A DNA stretch of 64,000 bases, taken from the NCBI GenBank assembly GCA_965208905.1, contig OZ242365.1, forward strand, positions 1,472,001 to 1,536,000. Reading direction: 5' to 3'. This document shows positions 21,790 through 31,753 of the stretch, piece after piece (the stretch's first letter is position 1; every line of letters begins with the position of its first letter). Made by a program: the position numbers and the translations under genes. This stretch comes from Nitrosopumilaceae archaeon (GTDB lineage Archaea; Thermoproteota; Nitrososphaeria; Nitrososphaerales; Nitrosopumilaceae). The notes under the pieces are model-generated. The model had not been told where the DNA came from. It ran no database searches and saw nothing but the letters and a program-made list of their open reading frames with translations.

Positions 21790-21960
21790 GATACGTTCGA
21801 TAAGGGAATTGTACCAGGGTATTCCACGCAGATGTAAACGCTGCGTCCAACATCCTGTATCGGGCGGCGGGGAACGTCGTCCTAAGACGGCCGGGGCATA
21901 AAGAGGGCTACAAACCAACACCCGCCATGCTCCGTTCCATACAACAGGGCCGTCAGAAAA
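21790..21960 (+). pseudogene. TnpB (IS200/IS605) C-terminal remnant
   Basis: Translates as CTRVFHADVNAASNILYRA, a RuvC-III motif. Confidence 0.6.
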
Positions 21961-22043
21961 TGAATGAGTGTACAGCCAAGGCTGTGTACTTTTCTATATA
22001 ATTCCCAAAAGAGCCATATAGTCAGAGTATTGAGGTTATAACA

Positions 22044-22958
22044 TTGAGTATACGAGCCGAGTTACACTCTCATAATTCATTCTCCAACTTTCATGTAGGA
22101 GAGGATGAGCCGCCGTACGACTGTAACGTATCTGTAAGGGATCAGTTAGAGAGGGCATTACAACAAAATTTGGATGCCATATTTGTGACAAACCACAATA
22201 CATTATCTGGGTATGATGCCATATTACAATGTAAAAAGGATCATTCTAAATTCCAGAACATCATGGTGTATCCCGCAGAAGAGATAACAACCGATACGGG
22301 TGCCCACATATTGGCTTATGGAATATACGATGAGATACCACCTAATTTACCATTAGAAGAGGTTCTTGATGAGATACGCAGACAGAATGCCATATCTTCG
22401 GCGCCGCACCCATTCAGCCTGCTTGATGCCATGCGACAAGATGCCATACAGTGTGACATGATAGAGGTGTTCAACAGCAATAATGTAGATGTAATATCAA
22501 ATGACCGCGCAGCAGAGTTTGCTGCTACACATTCGATGATATGTGTAGCAGGTAGTGATTCGCATGTATCAAATACCATGGGCCGTTGTGTCAATACGAT
22601 ACACTCATCAAATGATTTAGACTCGATACTAGAGTCCATGCGACATGGCCGCATTACAATAGAGCAGACCGGCTATGCCAATCGAACAGAGACGCTGGAT
22701 CATCTGCAATACAAGATACGTAACTCGCGCCAGTACTTTGAAGAGTACATAACAGAGCACTATTCAAATTCGCGTTGGTTGCTTCGATTGTTGTTGCACA
22801 CGTACAGTTCCAACCCAAACAGCATACTGTGGACGCAGGTATACAAGTTGGGCGTGTACTTGATGAGTAGAGTCTCATCAAAGGTGAATCAAAAGGGCGC
22901 GGATCCCTCTTTTATGAAGAACCGGGATTTGTGCAATATGTTGCGCATGGCAATTTAA
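22044..22958 (+). CDS. PHP-domain metal-dependent phosphoesterase
   Basis: ELHSH, VTNHN, AEEI, APHPF, IEVFNS, AGSDSH. Confidence 0.9.
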   Translation: MSIRAELHSHNSFSNFHVGEDEPPYDCNVSVRDQLERALQQNLDAIFVTNHNTLSGYDAILQCKKDHSKFQNIMVYPAEEITTDTGAHILAYGIYDEIPPNLPLEEVLDEIRRQNAISSAPHPFSLLDAMRQDAIQCDMIEVFNSNNVDVISNDRAAEFAATHSMICVAGSDSHVSNTMGRCVNTIHSSNDLDSILESMRHGRITIEQTGYANRTETLDHLQYKIRNSRQYFEEYITEHYSNSRWLLRLLLHTYSSNPNSILWTQVYKLGVYLMSRVSSKVNQKGADPSFMKNRDLCNMLRMAI

Positions 22959-23524
22959 TGCCGGCAACTGCCATGTGTCCAGTCTGCAAACTCAAACTCT
23001 GATCTGTCGCACCAATAATCGTTTATCCACCCTAGACCAAACCCAATCATTATCTCACCTAGATGTAGTTCTGTATTGCAGTATACAACAGCAATTGTCC
23101 GTTCGTATCTATCCTGTCTCTGTTTATCGTCTATATCGTACTGTGCAGGCGAGCCTACAGGGCAGAGTAGTTTGGCTAGTACAGCATGCGGCATTGTATA
23201 ATTACCACTATCTTGTACATCGACTAGTGGTATGCGTATAATCACATCATCAATGTGTATGGTGTTCCCGTCAACGTTTCTTGTAACAGTACCATACACA
23301 AGTTCAGGATTGTCTGTTTGTGGTGGCTCTCCCAGATATATTATGTCTTCATCTAAAAGATAGCGAATCGCCGTTGTATACTCATCAGCAGTTAACAGAC
23401 CGTCTGTATAATATTGCGTCAGGTCTGATATCCATTCTGGTATGTGCGGCTCTGCCTCATCTGCATATGCTGCTACACTTGCATATGCTGCAGTTATAAC
23501 AAAAAGGATTATTGTAAACATCAT
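22955..23524 (-). CDS. Secreted thermonuclease (SNase)-like protein with thaumarchaeal IPxW domain
   Basis: Signal peptide MMFTIILFVITAAYASVAAYA; IPEWI...DGLLT.DEY..AIRYL; VTRNVDGNTI, IRIPLVD, DRYERTIAVVY. Confidence 0.75.
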   Translation of the reverse strand: MMFTIILFVITAAYASVAAYADEAEPHIPEWISDLTQYYTDGLLTADEYTTAIRYLLDEDIIYLGEPPQTDNPELVYGTVTRNVDGNTIHIDDVIIRIPLVDVQDSGNYTMPHAVLAKLLCPVGSPAQYDIDDKQRQDRYERTIAVVYCNTELHLGEIMIGFGLGWINDYWCDRSEFEFADWTHGSCRH

Positions 23525-23528
23525 TATT

Positions 23529-24584
23529 TGTTTTATATGAAAATTATGTTCGTTAATCATCGGTATCTCTCTCCATCCATTTTGGGTCCTTTTCTCTGAT
23601 CGCTTTTGTGGCCTTTCTGACAGAAAATGCCTGTAGTGGTGTCTCGTAGTTGTCAATATCCAACGAAAAGTGAAGTCTGCGCTCATTATAGTACTCTATA
23701 TAGGAAGATAGACTATCATAATGATGTATCTCTGTCTCTATACTACCGTGAAAGCGTTCCAGTTTGCCGTTTGTCTGCGGATGATACGGTCGTGAGTTTA
23801 TCATCTCGATTCCACGGTCTAACAACTCGGCCTCAAACGCAGTAGGCTTCCATTTGCCCTTAGGTGAATCGTCATGCCTTCTTCCCCCGTTAAAACACCT
23901 ACCATTATCTGAGAGGATAGTGGCCGGTGTACCAAATCTCGCTATTGCTTGTCGCAGCACATCTACTACGTTTTCTGAGGTGGCTTCCTTGAATAGGGCA
24001 GCACCCGTTATACACCTTGATGAATCATCTAGAAATGTGACTAGGTTGAGCCCTGCAAAGCGTTGATCCTTCATTATATGCCAGTCAACATGCCACATGG
24101 CATTGGAATATTTGCGCTCATACCTAACGTATTTTCTTTTTTTGGATTTTGCTACAGATGATGTGACTAGTCCATGTTCTTTCATTATGCGATATATGGT
24201 GGCATAGCTTATATTCGGATTGTCTTTTCTGACCCTCCTTGCTGTTCGTATGATGCCTACATCTTCCTCTGCATGTTTGTTCAACACGGTTCGGACCTCC
24301 TCTGCCGACGGTGGTGGGTGGACTGGCCGGCCTGGCTTTTGTTGCACGTGTATCTGTCCTGTTCTTGTAAACTCTGCACATAGTCGTCCTACATGTTGTG
24401 GTGTTACACCTATATCGTCTGCTATGTCAACAAGCGTCTTACCCTTACCACGTTCCCTTATGGCGTATCGTATCTGTTTATCCGTCAACTTTGTCATTTT
24501 CATCTTTTTTCGTGATCGATAAAGCGTGAAGTATTCCTTTGCTTGCAACCAGAACTTAGTCGAACCTAATTTTTGTACAACAGA
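23529..24584 (-). mobile_element. IS481-family insertion sequence with intact transposase (23553-~24503)
   Basis: Imperfect IRs; 15-bp direct repeat GTAAACATCATTATT (23514-23528, 24585-24599); WHVD, LSDNG, PYHPQTNGKLERFH. Confidence 0.92.
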
Positions 24585-25006
24585 GTAAACATCATTATTA
24601 AAAAATAATTAATATCTACTGTGTAATAAGTAGCGTAACTGCAAATTACCATGCTAAAAAAAATACTGTTGAAAAAGGTTCCTCCCGCCAAGCCAGGTGA
24701 CTGTGCCGCGCCTGGCGCCTCTAGTGTTTTACGCCGCTAAAGTCCAGTCCATATAAAATGTGATGGGCAATCAATGGTGCGTGTTGTGCCCTGGCTCATC
24801 ACCCGATTTTGCACGGGGAATCGGTACCGCGGCAGTACACGGGGCCGGTCCGCTCTTCAATGCTTTGATATTGAGACAAGGACACGCCGGCTGGTGCATG
24901 GCCGTCAAGTATGACCATGCCGTGCAAGCCGCAAGGCGGGTTGTGGCCAAGTCGCCCGTTCCTGCGGGAATAACCCCAATCACATCTTTCGGAGAGGTCC
25001 CGTTGA

Positions 25007-26068
25007 CTATCGCTTGTAGAACCGGGTGGATGCCAGTTGTGCCTTGTATCTCTTTTTGCCAATGCCCACTGCAACGTGGGCCCCCACCTTATACTCCGGC
25101 AAAACGTAGCAGTATCCGATGGGCCTGCCCAGCGTGGGAGAGAAGCCGCCGGAGGTGACCGTGCCCACCGGCTTCTCGTTGTCATATATGGTATCACCTT
25201 TTCTTGCTACGCGTCCAGAATCAACGACCATAAAGCCTCGCAGCTTCTTTGTTATCTTCCTTGAGAGCAGTGCGTCTCTGCCGATAAAATCAGTCTCCAT
25301 CTTTACTGTCCACCCCAAGGGCGCCTCCAAGGGTGTGGTGTCCTCGTCTATATCATTTCCATATAGCATCATTCCCGCCTCCAGTCGCAGGGTGTCGCGC
25401 GCCCCCAGACCTGCAGGCATTATGCCAAATGCGGCGCCGTTCTCCAATATCACATCCCAGAGGTGGCCGTGCCCGCCATCAAAGAACAGCTCAAAGCCGT
25501 CCTCGCCGGTATATCCTGTCCGGGATATCATACAGGGGGCGCCGTCCAAGTCCATGTGCACAAGCCGGAAGGGCCTCACGCCTCCCATCTCTGCACCCAT
25601 CTTCTCAAGTATGCGGGACGACTGCGGGCCTTGCAGGGCCAGCAGGGATGTCTCAGCCGTAACGTCTTTTATCTCGCACCGGCTCATGTCTGCACCGGCC
25701 ATTATCCAGTCCATGTCCTTTGTCCTGTTGGACGCGTTAACCACCATGACAAAATCGCCGGGACCCAGCCGACTTACTATGACATCATCCACTATCCCGC
25801 CGCTGTGGTTGCACATCGGCGAGTACAGTGATTGGCCGTCTGCCACTTGACGTATGTCGTTTGTTATTACACGCTGTATCAGATCTTGGGCACCCAGACC
25901 GCGTATCTTGAAACGCCCCATGTGTGACACATCAAAGAGGCCCGCACTGCCTCGGACACCCTTGTGTTCCTGAATTATACCCGAGTATTGAAGGGGCATA
26001 TCCCAACTGTAAAAGTCCACAATCTTTGCGCCCAGCCCGAGGTGTCGCTCGTAGAATGCAGTTCTCAT
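25007..26068 (-). CDS. gcvT: Glycine cleavage system aminomethyltransferase T
   Basis: GLFDVSHMG, VVNASN, LALQGP, SRTGYTGEDGFE, GLGARDTLRLEAG, VTSG. Confidence 0.96.
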   Translation of the reverse strand: MRTAFYERHLGLGAKIVDFYSWDMPLQYSGIIQEHKGVRGSAGLFDVSHMGRFKIRGLGAQDLIQRVITNDIRQVADGQSLYSPMCNHSGGIVDDVIVSRLGPGDFVMVVNASNRTKDMDWIMAGADMSRCEIKDVTAETSLLALQGPQSSRILEKMGAEMGGVRPFRLVHMDLDGAPCMISRTGYTGEDGFELFFDGGHGHLWDVILENGAAFGIMPAGLGARDTLRLEAGMMLYGNDIDEDTTPLEAPLGWTVKMETDFIGRDALLSRKITKKLRGFMVVDSGRVARKGDTIYDNEKPVGTVTSGGFSPTLGRPIGYCYVLPEYKVGAHVAVGIGKKRYKAQLASTRFYKR

Positions 26069-26117
26069 GGCGCAGATAACGTTACCATTATAAATATATC
26101 TTGATTAAGTTTTTGGT

Positions 26118-27014
26118 ATGGACGGCCCTGCTCTCATACGTCCGCGCTGGCTGAAGACTAAGATACCCTCAGGCGAGGCATACGCCAACGTACGAAGAAC
26201 CATCAAGCGGCACAGCCTGCATACGGTGTGCCAGGAGGCATCGTGCCCGAATGTGGCCGAGTGCTGGGGCGCCGGCACTGCCACCATAATGATAATGGGC
26301 GACATCTGCACCCGGGGTTGCGGATTCTGTGATGTGAATACAGGCAGGCCCGGGGCCTTGGATGTGCGGGAGCCGGGCGCCGTGGCAGGGGCAATACTAG
26401 ATTTGGGCCTTCGGTACGCTGTAATAACATCGGTGTGCAGGGACGATCTTCCCGACGGCGGGGCGGGGCATTTTGCAGAGACCATACGGCACATACGGCA
26501 CCGGTGCCCCGACACCATAGTGGAGTCTCTGATTCCGGATTTTGCAGGAGACCATACCCTGATAGATGCGGTGGCCGATGCAGGACCCCATGTGGTGGGC
26601 CACAACATAGAGACCGTGCGCCGGCTCAGCCCGCAGGTCCGGGACCGCCGGGCTGGCTACTCCCAGTCGCTGCAGGTCCTGCGCCACACCAAAGAGAGTC
26701 ATCCCAGAATATTTACAAAGTCATCCATGATGTTGGGTCTGGGCGAGTCCACAGACGAGATACTTGAGACGGCCACAGACCTCCGGGAATCCATGGTGGA
26801 CTTTGTCACGCTGGGCCAGTACATGCAGCCTTCAACACGACACCTTCCGGTCAAAGAGTACATACATCCTGAGAGGTTCGATCAGCTAAAACACATGCTG
26901 TGTGATTTGGGGTTCCTGCATGTGAAGGCCGGACCCTTTGTGCGGAGCTCCTTTCGGGCCTCGGACATAGCGGATATCGTATCGGGCCGCCGGGGCATGC
27001 GCCCCACCACATAG
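26118..27014 (+). CDS. lipA: Lipoyl synthase
   Basis: TVCQEASCPNVAECW auxiliary-cluster motif, CTRGCGFC radical-SAM motif, VRSSF. Confidence 0.96.
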   Translation: MDGPALIRPRWLKTKIPSGEAYANVRRTIKRHSLHTVCQEASCPNVAECWGAGTATIMIMGDICTRGCGFCDVNTGRPGALDVREPGAVAGAILDLGLRYAVITSVCRDDLPDGGAGHFAETIRHIRHRCPDTIVESLIPDFAGDHTLIDAVADAGPHVVGHNIETVRRLSPQVRDRRAGYSQSLQVLRHTKESHPRIFTKSSMMLGLGESTDEILETATDLRESMVDFVTLGQYMQPSTRHLPVKEYIHPERFDQLKHMLCDLGFLHVKAGPFVRSSFRASDIADIVSGRRGMRPTT

Positions 27015-27105
27015 TATCCTGTAGTGACACTCAATATTTCTGGAGCGGTAATGGCGCTAGACTAGTTTGAGAAAAGTATTGGATCTCACCTTGGAGTACT
27101 ACACA

Positions 27106-28182
27106 TCAGGATATTCTCTCAAAGGCAAAGGCGCCCGCACCCTCCCAGCCGTAGTCTATGAAGCATCCCATGTTGCCCTTGTATATTGCATCCTGCCGAA
27201 TACATTCGTCTACAAATTGTATGGAGCTCAGGGCGCCCATGTTGCCCGTGCTGCTCATTATGTCATGGCTCATGCGGATCTTTGAGGGATCCAGACTGCA
27301 GCCTTCGGCTACAGAGTCCACAAATTTTTTTCCCGCAGTGTGTATGCCAAATCTATCTATTCCTTCCGGGAGTACCCTCTGCAGCCGTGTGAGGCTCTTG
27401 GCGGCCAAACGCACAATGTCGTCCCGTAGGCCCCGCGGGTCCAGGCTCATGTCAAATATCACCCTGCATCTATTGTCCGGTGACATCTTTAGCGTGGCCG
27501 CCGGGACTGGCCTTGCACTCCTTGTTACAACCACGTGGCGTGGGTCTATGCGCACCTGCGCCCCGTCCGGTTCTGGCGATATTATGGCCGATGCGGCGGC
27601 ATCGCTGAATATTAGAAAATATATCATGCTGTAAAAGTCTCCCCGGCTCTTTCGTGTGATGTTTTTGATCTGCTTTATCCTGTCCAAAAACCACTCCGTA
27701 TAGCCGGACCCCATGATTAGCAACACAGCTCCTTGACCACCCATGGCAAAGTGCCCAGCCGAGTTCAGAAGTGACTCCGGAAGCGCCGAGCACGCAAGCC
27801 CCTGCAGGTTCTGCGCCCTTATATCTTGACGCAGGGAGAGCTGCGGCACCAAACCCGCGGTGGGGGCCGGATCCAGATATTGAGGGTTGTCGTTGACAGT
27901 GATCAGCATTCCTATGCCGGACCGGTCCATTCCACCCATGGATACGCTGGCGGCCTGCCGGTACATCTCGTCCATTGTAATGGTAGGCTCCACGTACTGG
28001 TCGCTCCCAAAGTCCACCTTTGATAGATCGTATGACTTGTAAACATACTCAATGCCCAGCTGACTCTTGGCATACTCCCTTGCCTCCCTGTCCATCTTGT
28101 CCCGCAGCATGTCATCCACAATCTCTGATATGGAATAGCGGAATGGGGCCTTGACCACCGAAATGCCCGAGAGCCACACCAT
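27106..28182 (-). CDS. Type III polyketide synthase / KAS-III-like condensing enzyme
   Basis: Cys-His-Asn triad: QGLACS, IHTAG, STGNMG; LIFSDAAASAII resembles LFGDGAAA. Confidence 0.75.
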   Translation of the reverse strand: MVWLSGISVVKAPFRYSISEIVDDMLRDKMDREAREYAKSQLGIEYVYKSYDLSKVDFGSDQYVEPTITMDEMYRQAASVSMGGMDRSGIGMLITVNDNPQYLDPAPTAGLVPQLSLRQDIRAQNLQGLACSALPESLLNSAGHFAMGGQGAVLLIMGSGYTEWFLDRIKQIKNITRKSRGDFYSMIYFLIFSDAAASAIISPEPDGAQVRIDPRHVVVTRSARPVPAATLKMSPDNRCRVIFDMSLDPRGLRDDIVRLAAKSLTRLQRVLPEGIDRFGIHTAGKKFVDSVAEGCSLDPSKIRMSHDIMSSTGNMGALSSIQFVDECIRQDAIYKGNMGCFIDYGWEGAGAFAFERIS

Positions 28183-28186
28183 GCGC

Positions 28187-29113
28187 CTACAGCCCCCGCA
28201 GCAGTGTGCCTAAATCCTCAAAGAATGCGTCATCGTACCTGTCGGGCGGGAGATCAAAGCCCAGAACCAGCACGTCGGCCTCCGACTTTCGGGCCATGCC
28301 GCGTATCACACGAGCGCAGGACTCGGGTGTGCCCCATACCGCCTGCACTTCGTCCAGCATGCTGTCGTCCACCATGCGTGCCCCGCCCCGCACCCCCTCT
28401 CTGCTGTATGCGTCCCGTATGCCGGCAACATCAAATCCCGCCGCGGCCAAAGGCTCGCCATAAAAGCCGTTTGCGCCCACATATCCGGCAACGGTCATTT
28501 TTACATCCATGCGGGCATCATGCGCCGTACTGCGACTCATAGATACGGGAATGATGGACATTATACCAAATTCCGGTGGCGCCCCCTCCCGGATTGCCCT
28601 GATGTGCTTTGGCATATGTGAGCGCGGCTTGAGAAAGAAGATGACGCCGTCGGCGTTCTGTATGGCGAGCTGCAGCACCCTCTCGCCCACTGCGGCCCAG
28701 TATATCGGCCCCGCATACCCATGTACGCGGAGGCTCTTGGTATATGACACAAGACGTGATACGGGCCTGCGAAACGCCATCTTCCACATGCCCTCTACGA
28801 TGACCGGCGCGCTTGTACCAATTCCCAGTATGAACCGCTCTCCTACGGTACGGTGGATGCGGAGCGCCTGATATAACATGTCTTCACGGGTGCGAGAAAA
28901 CACGTTGATTACACCGGTGCCCATGCGTGCTCGACTTGGGAGGCCTGCCGATACCTCCAGTATCATGTCCAGTGCGTTGACACCCATTATGCGCGGGTGG
29001 GTTTCTGGAACTAGAAAGTATTCCGCATAAGATCCTGCCAGTTCGGCCGCTCTCCTCACGGCCTTTGCGGGGGCCCGTATGCCCAGCTCTATCCCTATTC
29101 TGGCCCCGGACAT
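28187..29113 (-). CDS. LLM-class (luciferase-like) flavin/F420-dependent oxidoreductase
   Basis: VPETH, MGTGVINVFSR, RFILGIGTS, IYWAAVG, ADGVI, VWGTPE. Confidence 0.85.
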   Translation of the reverse strand: MSGARIGIELGIRAPAKAVRRAAELAGSYAEYFLVPETHPRIMGVNALDMILEVSAGLPSRARMGTGVINVFSRTREDMLYQALRIHRTVGERFILGIGTSAPVIVEGMWKMAFRRPVSRLVSYTKSLRVHGYAGPIYWAAVGERVLQLAIQNADGVIFFLKPRSHMPKHIRAIREGAPPEFGIMSIIPVSMSRSTAHDARMDVKMTVAGYVGANGFYGEPLAAAGFDVAGIRDAYSREGVRGGARMVDDSMLDEVQAVWGTPESCARVIRGMARKSEADVLVLGFDLPPDRYDDAFFEDLGTLLRGL

Positions 29114-30414
29114 GCTTTCTCGGCCTCCTGCATGCGCGCTGCGGCTGCTGCCGCGTCGGCAAGGGCTTCCGGCAGGGTGGGGTGTGCATGTATGGTATTG
29201 GCCACATCCTGTGGTCTGAGGCCCATCCTTATGGCCAACGCCGCCTCACCTATGATCTCGCTGGCATGCGCGCCCACAATCAGTGCCCCCTGCAGTGTAC
29301 CGTCTCCGGTATACACACTAGCGAATCCACGGGTCTGCCCCATGCAGTTTGCCTTTGCGTTGGCGACCATCTGCACTGTGGCCGCCGAACCCTCCAGTTT
29401 TCCCACCATTGCCACCTCGGGATACGTGAACACACAGTAGGGTATTGTGGTGTAGTCTATACGGGTGTGCCGGCCCAGTATGTTATCTGCCGCGACCTCT
29501 CCCTGGCGCGTGGCCACATGCGCCAGCTCGTACACCCCAGTGACATCGCCCACCGCATATATGCTGTCTGCGCTGGTCTGCATTCTTGCATCCACGGCTA
29601 TCCCACTGTCGCCATATTTGACACCCAGCATATCGAGCCGGTCTGCATCCAAGGCCGGGTATCGTCCCACACTGGCTAGTATAACCTCGGGGTCCATCTC
29701 GTCCCTCCCCACAACAATGCGGCCGTCATGTACGTTTGCCGTGGCGCCGGTGAATACCGATATGCCGTCCAGCTTCATGTACTTTTCTACTGTATCTCCT
29801 ACAATCTTTGGTTGCCCCGGTAGTAGGGACCCTTGCGCTTCGGCCAGCCACACCCTGCAGCCCAAGGCATTCAGTATGGATGCAAACTCGCATCCGCTAT
29901 ACCCCCCTCCTATGACCAGTATGGATTCGGGTAGACTCTGCAACTCAAACACAGAGTCGGTGGTAAGCGTCTCATAGCCCGGCAAATCTATAGTCTTTGG
30001 CATGCTCCCTGTCGCCAGCACCACATTGCGGGTCTCGTATCTTGCTCCGTCAACCTCTACAACGCCTGGCGATATCACACTGGCCTCTCCGGATATTGTG
30101 TCCACATTGTGCTGTCGGAGCTGGAGTCTCATCCCCGAAGCAATTCTGGATATTGTACTCTTCATGCCGGCGCTCAGCATGTCATAATTGATGCTTATGG
30201 TGCCGTCCCCTATGCCGTGTCTCTTTGAGGCCCTCACTCTCCGGGCCAAGTCGCCCATCGCATGAAGATACTTTGTGGGGATGCATCCCCTCTGGGTGCA
30301 GGTGCCGCCAAGGCCGTTCCGTTCTATTATGCACACATTGGCACCGCCTTTGGCCAGGCTTATGGCGCATGCATAGCCCCCGGGCCCGGCTCCCACAACT
30401 ATGGCATCATACAC
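29095..30414 (-). CDS. lpdA: Dihydrolipoamide dehydrogenase (GCS L protein)
   Basis: GAGPGG, GGTCTQRGCIPTK redox disulfide, IGGGYSG, IHAHPTLPE. Confidence 0.93.
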   Translation of the reverse strand: MYDAIVVGAGPGGYACAISLAKGGANVCIIERNGLGGTCTQRGCIPTKYLHAMGDLARRVRASKRHGIGDGTISINYDMLSAGMKSTISRIASGMRLQLRQHNVDTISGEASVISPGVVEVDGARYETRNVVLATGSMPKTIDLPGYETLTTDSVFELQSLPESILVIGGGYSGCEFASILNALGCRVWLAEAQGSLLPGQPKIVGDTVEKYMKLDGISVFTGATANVHDGRIVVGRDEMDPEVILASVGRYPALDADRLDMLGVKYGDSGIAVDARMQTSADSIYAVGDVTGVYELAHVATRQGEVAADNILGRHTRIDYTTIPYCVFTYPEVAMVGKLEGSAATVQMVANAKANCMGQTRGFASVYTGDGTLQGALIVGAHASEIIGEAALAIRMGLRPQDVANTIHAHPTLPEALADAAAAAARMQEAEKACPGPE

Positions 30415-30713
30415 GGTAGGGAGTATATACGATACACAATAAATATCGCTCTTCTGTAGGATGCTGGAAATGCAAAGTGATCCATCTGATGATCAAAGTT
30501 GTATCAGATCGGTATAACTTTACATTCCCAAGAATCAGACACTATACCAACCAATGTATAGCCAACCCTCGCCGCACCCAAGTGTGTCACCCAAGCCCAT
30601 ACTGCCGACTGCCTTCTCGGATGCCCTCAGGAGGCCGCTACGATTCATTCGAAAATACACTGAAAATACCATACATCCCGACAATACCGGGTAGGGCAGC
30701 CTATGCTTCCATA

Positions 30714-31448
30714 TCATCTTTTGTGCGTCCACGACCTTTGGGAGTATCTTGCAGCCATTATCCTCCTGCATTCTGCAATGTCCTTTCCAGACAGCGACAT
30801 GGTGTCCAGCCCACAACCAAACGCATCCTGCGCCCCCCTCTTTAGTGCATCAACGGTCTGTTCGAATGTATGACCAATGCCCGCCACCCTCTCCTTCACG
30901 CCCGCAATGGCCTTGTCCCGTATCTTTGCAGTGGGCACGTTGAGCAGCGAGAACATCTTTTCCACATCCACATCCAGTAGTATGGTACCGTGCTGCAGTA
31001 GAGCACCACCCTTTCTTGTCTGGGCGTTGCCGCAGACCTTCCTCCCATTTATGGTGACATCGTTGAGGGGAGAGAATGACGCGTCCAAGCCCATGTGGCC
31101 CAGCCCCAACACCACCATGTCGCATATGCTCCAGTATGATGCCATTATATCTGAATGAAACCTCTTGGTGACCAGCGAGTATGTGACCTCCATGTCGTGA
31201 AACACCGCGCCCCCGCCGGTGATTCGCCTTACGACATCCACCTGGCTGTGCTCGCACCGCTCCAGATTAACCTCTTCGCGCACTCCCTGAAAGTAGCCTA
31301 TCGTTATGCAGGGCCGGGACCAGCCGTATAACCGTAAAACTGTGTCCCCGGCGGCGCCATACCTATACAGGAGACACTCATCCACGGCCATGTTCCACGG
31401 GCCCGCACCCAAGCCGGTCTCCAGTATCTTGATGCGCTCAAACCTTAT
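30714..31448 (-). CDS. lplA: Lipoate-protein ligase A catalytic subunit (likely start at an ATA codon at 31448; first canonical start is TTG at 31412)
   Basis: NMAVDE, LRLYGW, VVRRITGGGAVFHD, ND...GRKVCGNAQ, LQHGTIL. Confidence 0.9.
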   Translation of the reverse strand: MRFERIKILETGLGAGPWNMAVDECLLYRYGAAGDTVLRLYGWSRPCITIGYFQGVREEVNLERCEHSQVDVVRRITGGGAVFHDMEVTYSLVTKRFHSDIMASYWSICDMVVLGLGHMGLDASFSPLNDVTINGRKVCGNAQTRKGGALLQHGTILLDVDVEKMFSLLNVPTAKIRDKAIAGVKERVAGIGHTFEQTVDALKRGAQDAFGCGLDTMSLSGKDIAECRRIMAARYSQRSWTHKR

Positions 31449-31750
31449 GGCGCATCGCCTCCCGCGTCCAGTATTGCCCCCGTCAGCGATTCGGCATCAA
31501 ACCCAAAGCATCTGGTACCGGCAAGTGCCGAGGAGATTCTCTGCCTCAGGGCATCCCTTTCCAGCTCTGTTCCCAGTAGCCCCGCCTCTAGGCCATCTAT
31601 CGAATCCTCTGGATGCATGAAAAAGTCTCCGGTGATCCTTATGTATCTTATCGTACGGGATTGGCGGGAATAATCCAGCCTTATTCTCACCATCTTCTCC
31701 AGCTTTGCCACATGTACGGTTACGACCGTGCTGTCCCGGTCAGGGTCCAT
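31445..31750 (-). CDS. Lipoate-protein ligase C-terminal/accessory subunit (LplB-like)
   Basis: IRITGDFFMHPEDSIDGLEAGLLG motif; adjacent to lplA. Confidence 0.85.
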   Translation of the reverse strand: MDPDRDSTVVTVHVAKLEKMVRIRLDYSRQSRTIRYIRITGDFFMHPEDSIDGLEAGLLGTELERDALRQRISSALAGTRCFGFDAESLTGAILDAGGDAP

Positions 31751-31753
31751 GCG

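Noticed and set aside
23525-23686. Extended N-terminus of the SNase-like ORF
   Set aside because: It lies inside the IS481 element; the signal peptide starts at 23524
24690-24725. ZTP or glycine riboswitch near gcvT
   Set aside because: Only a GTGACTG fragment matches, and the element is downstream of gcvT rather than in a leader
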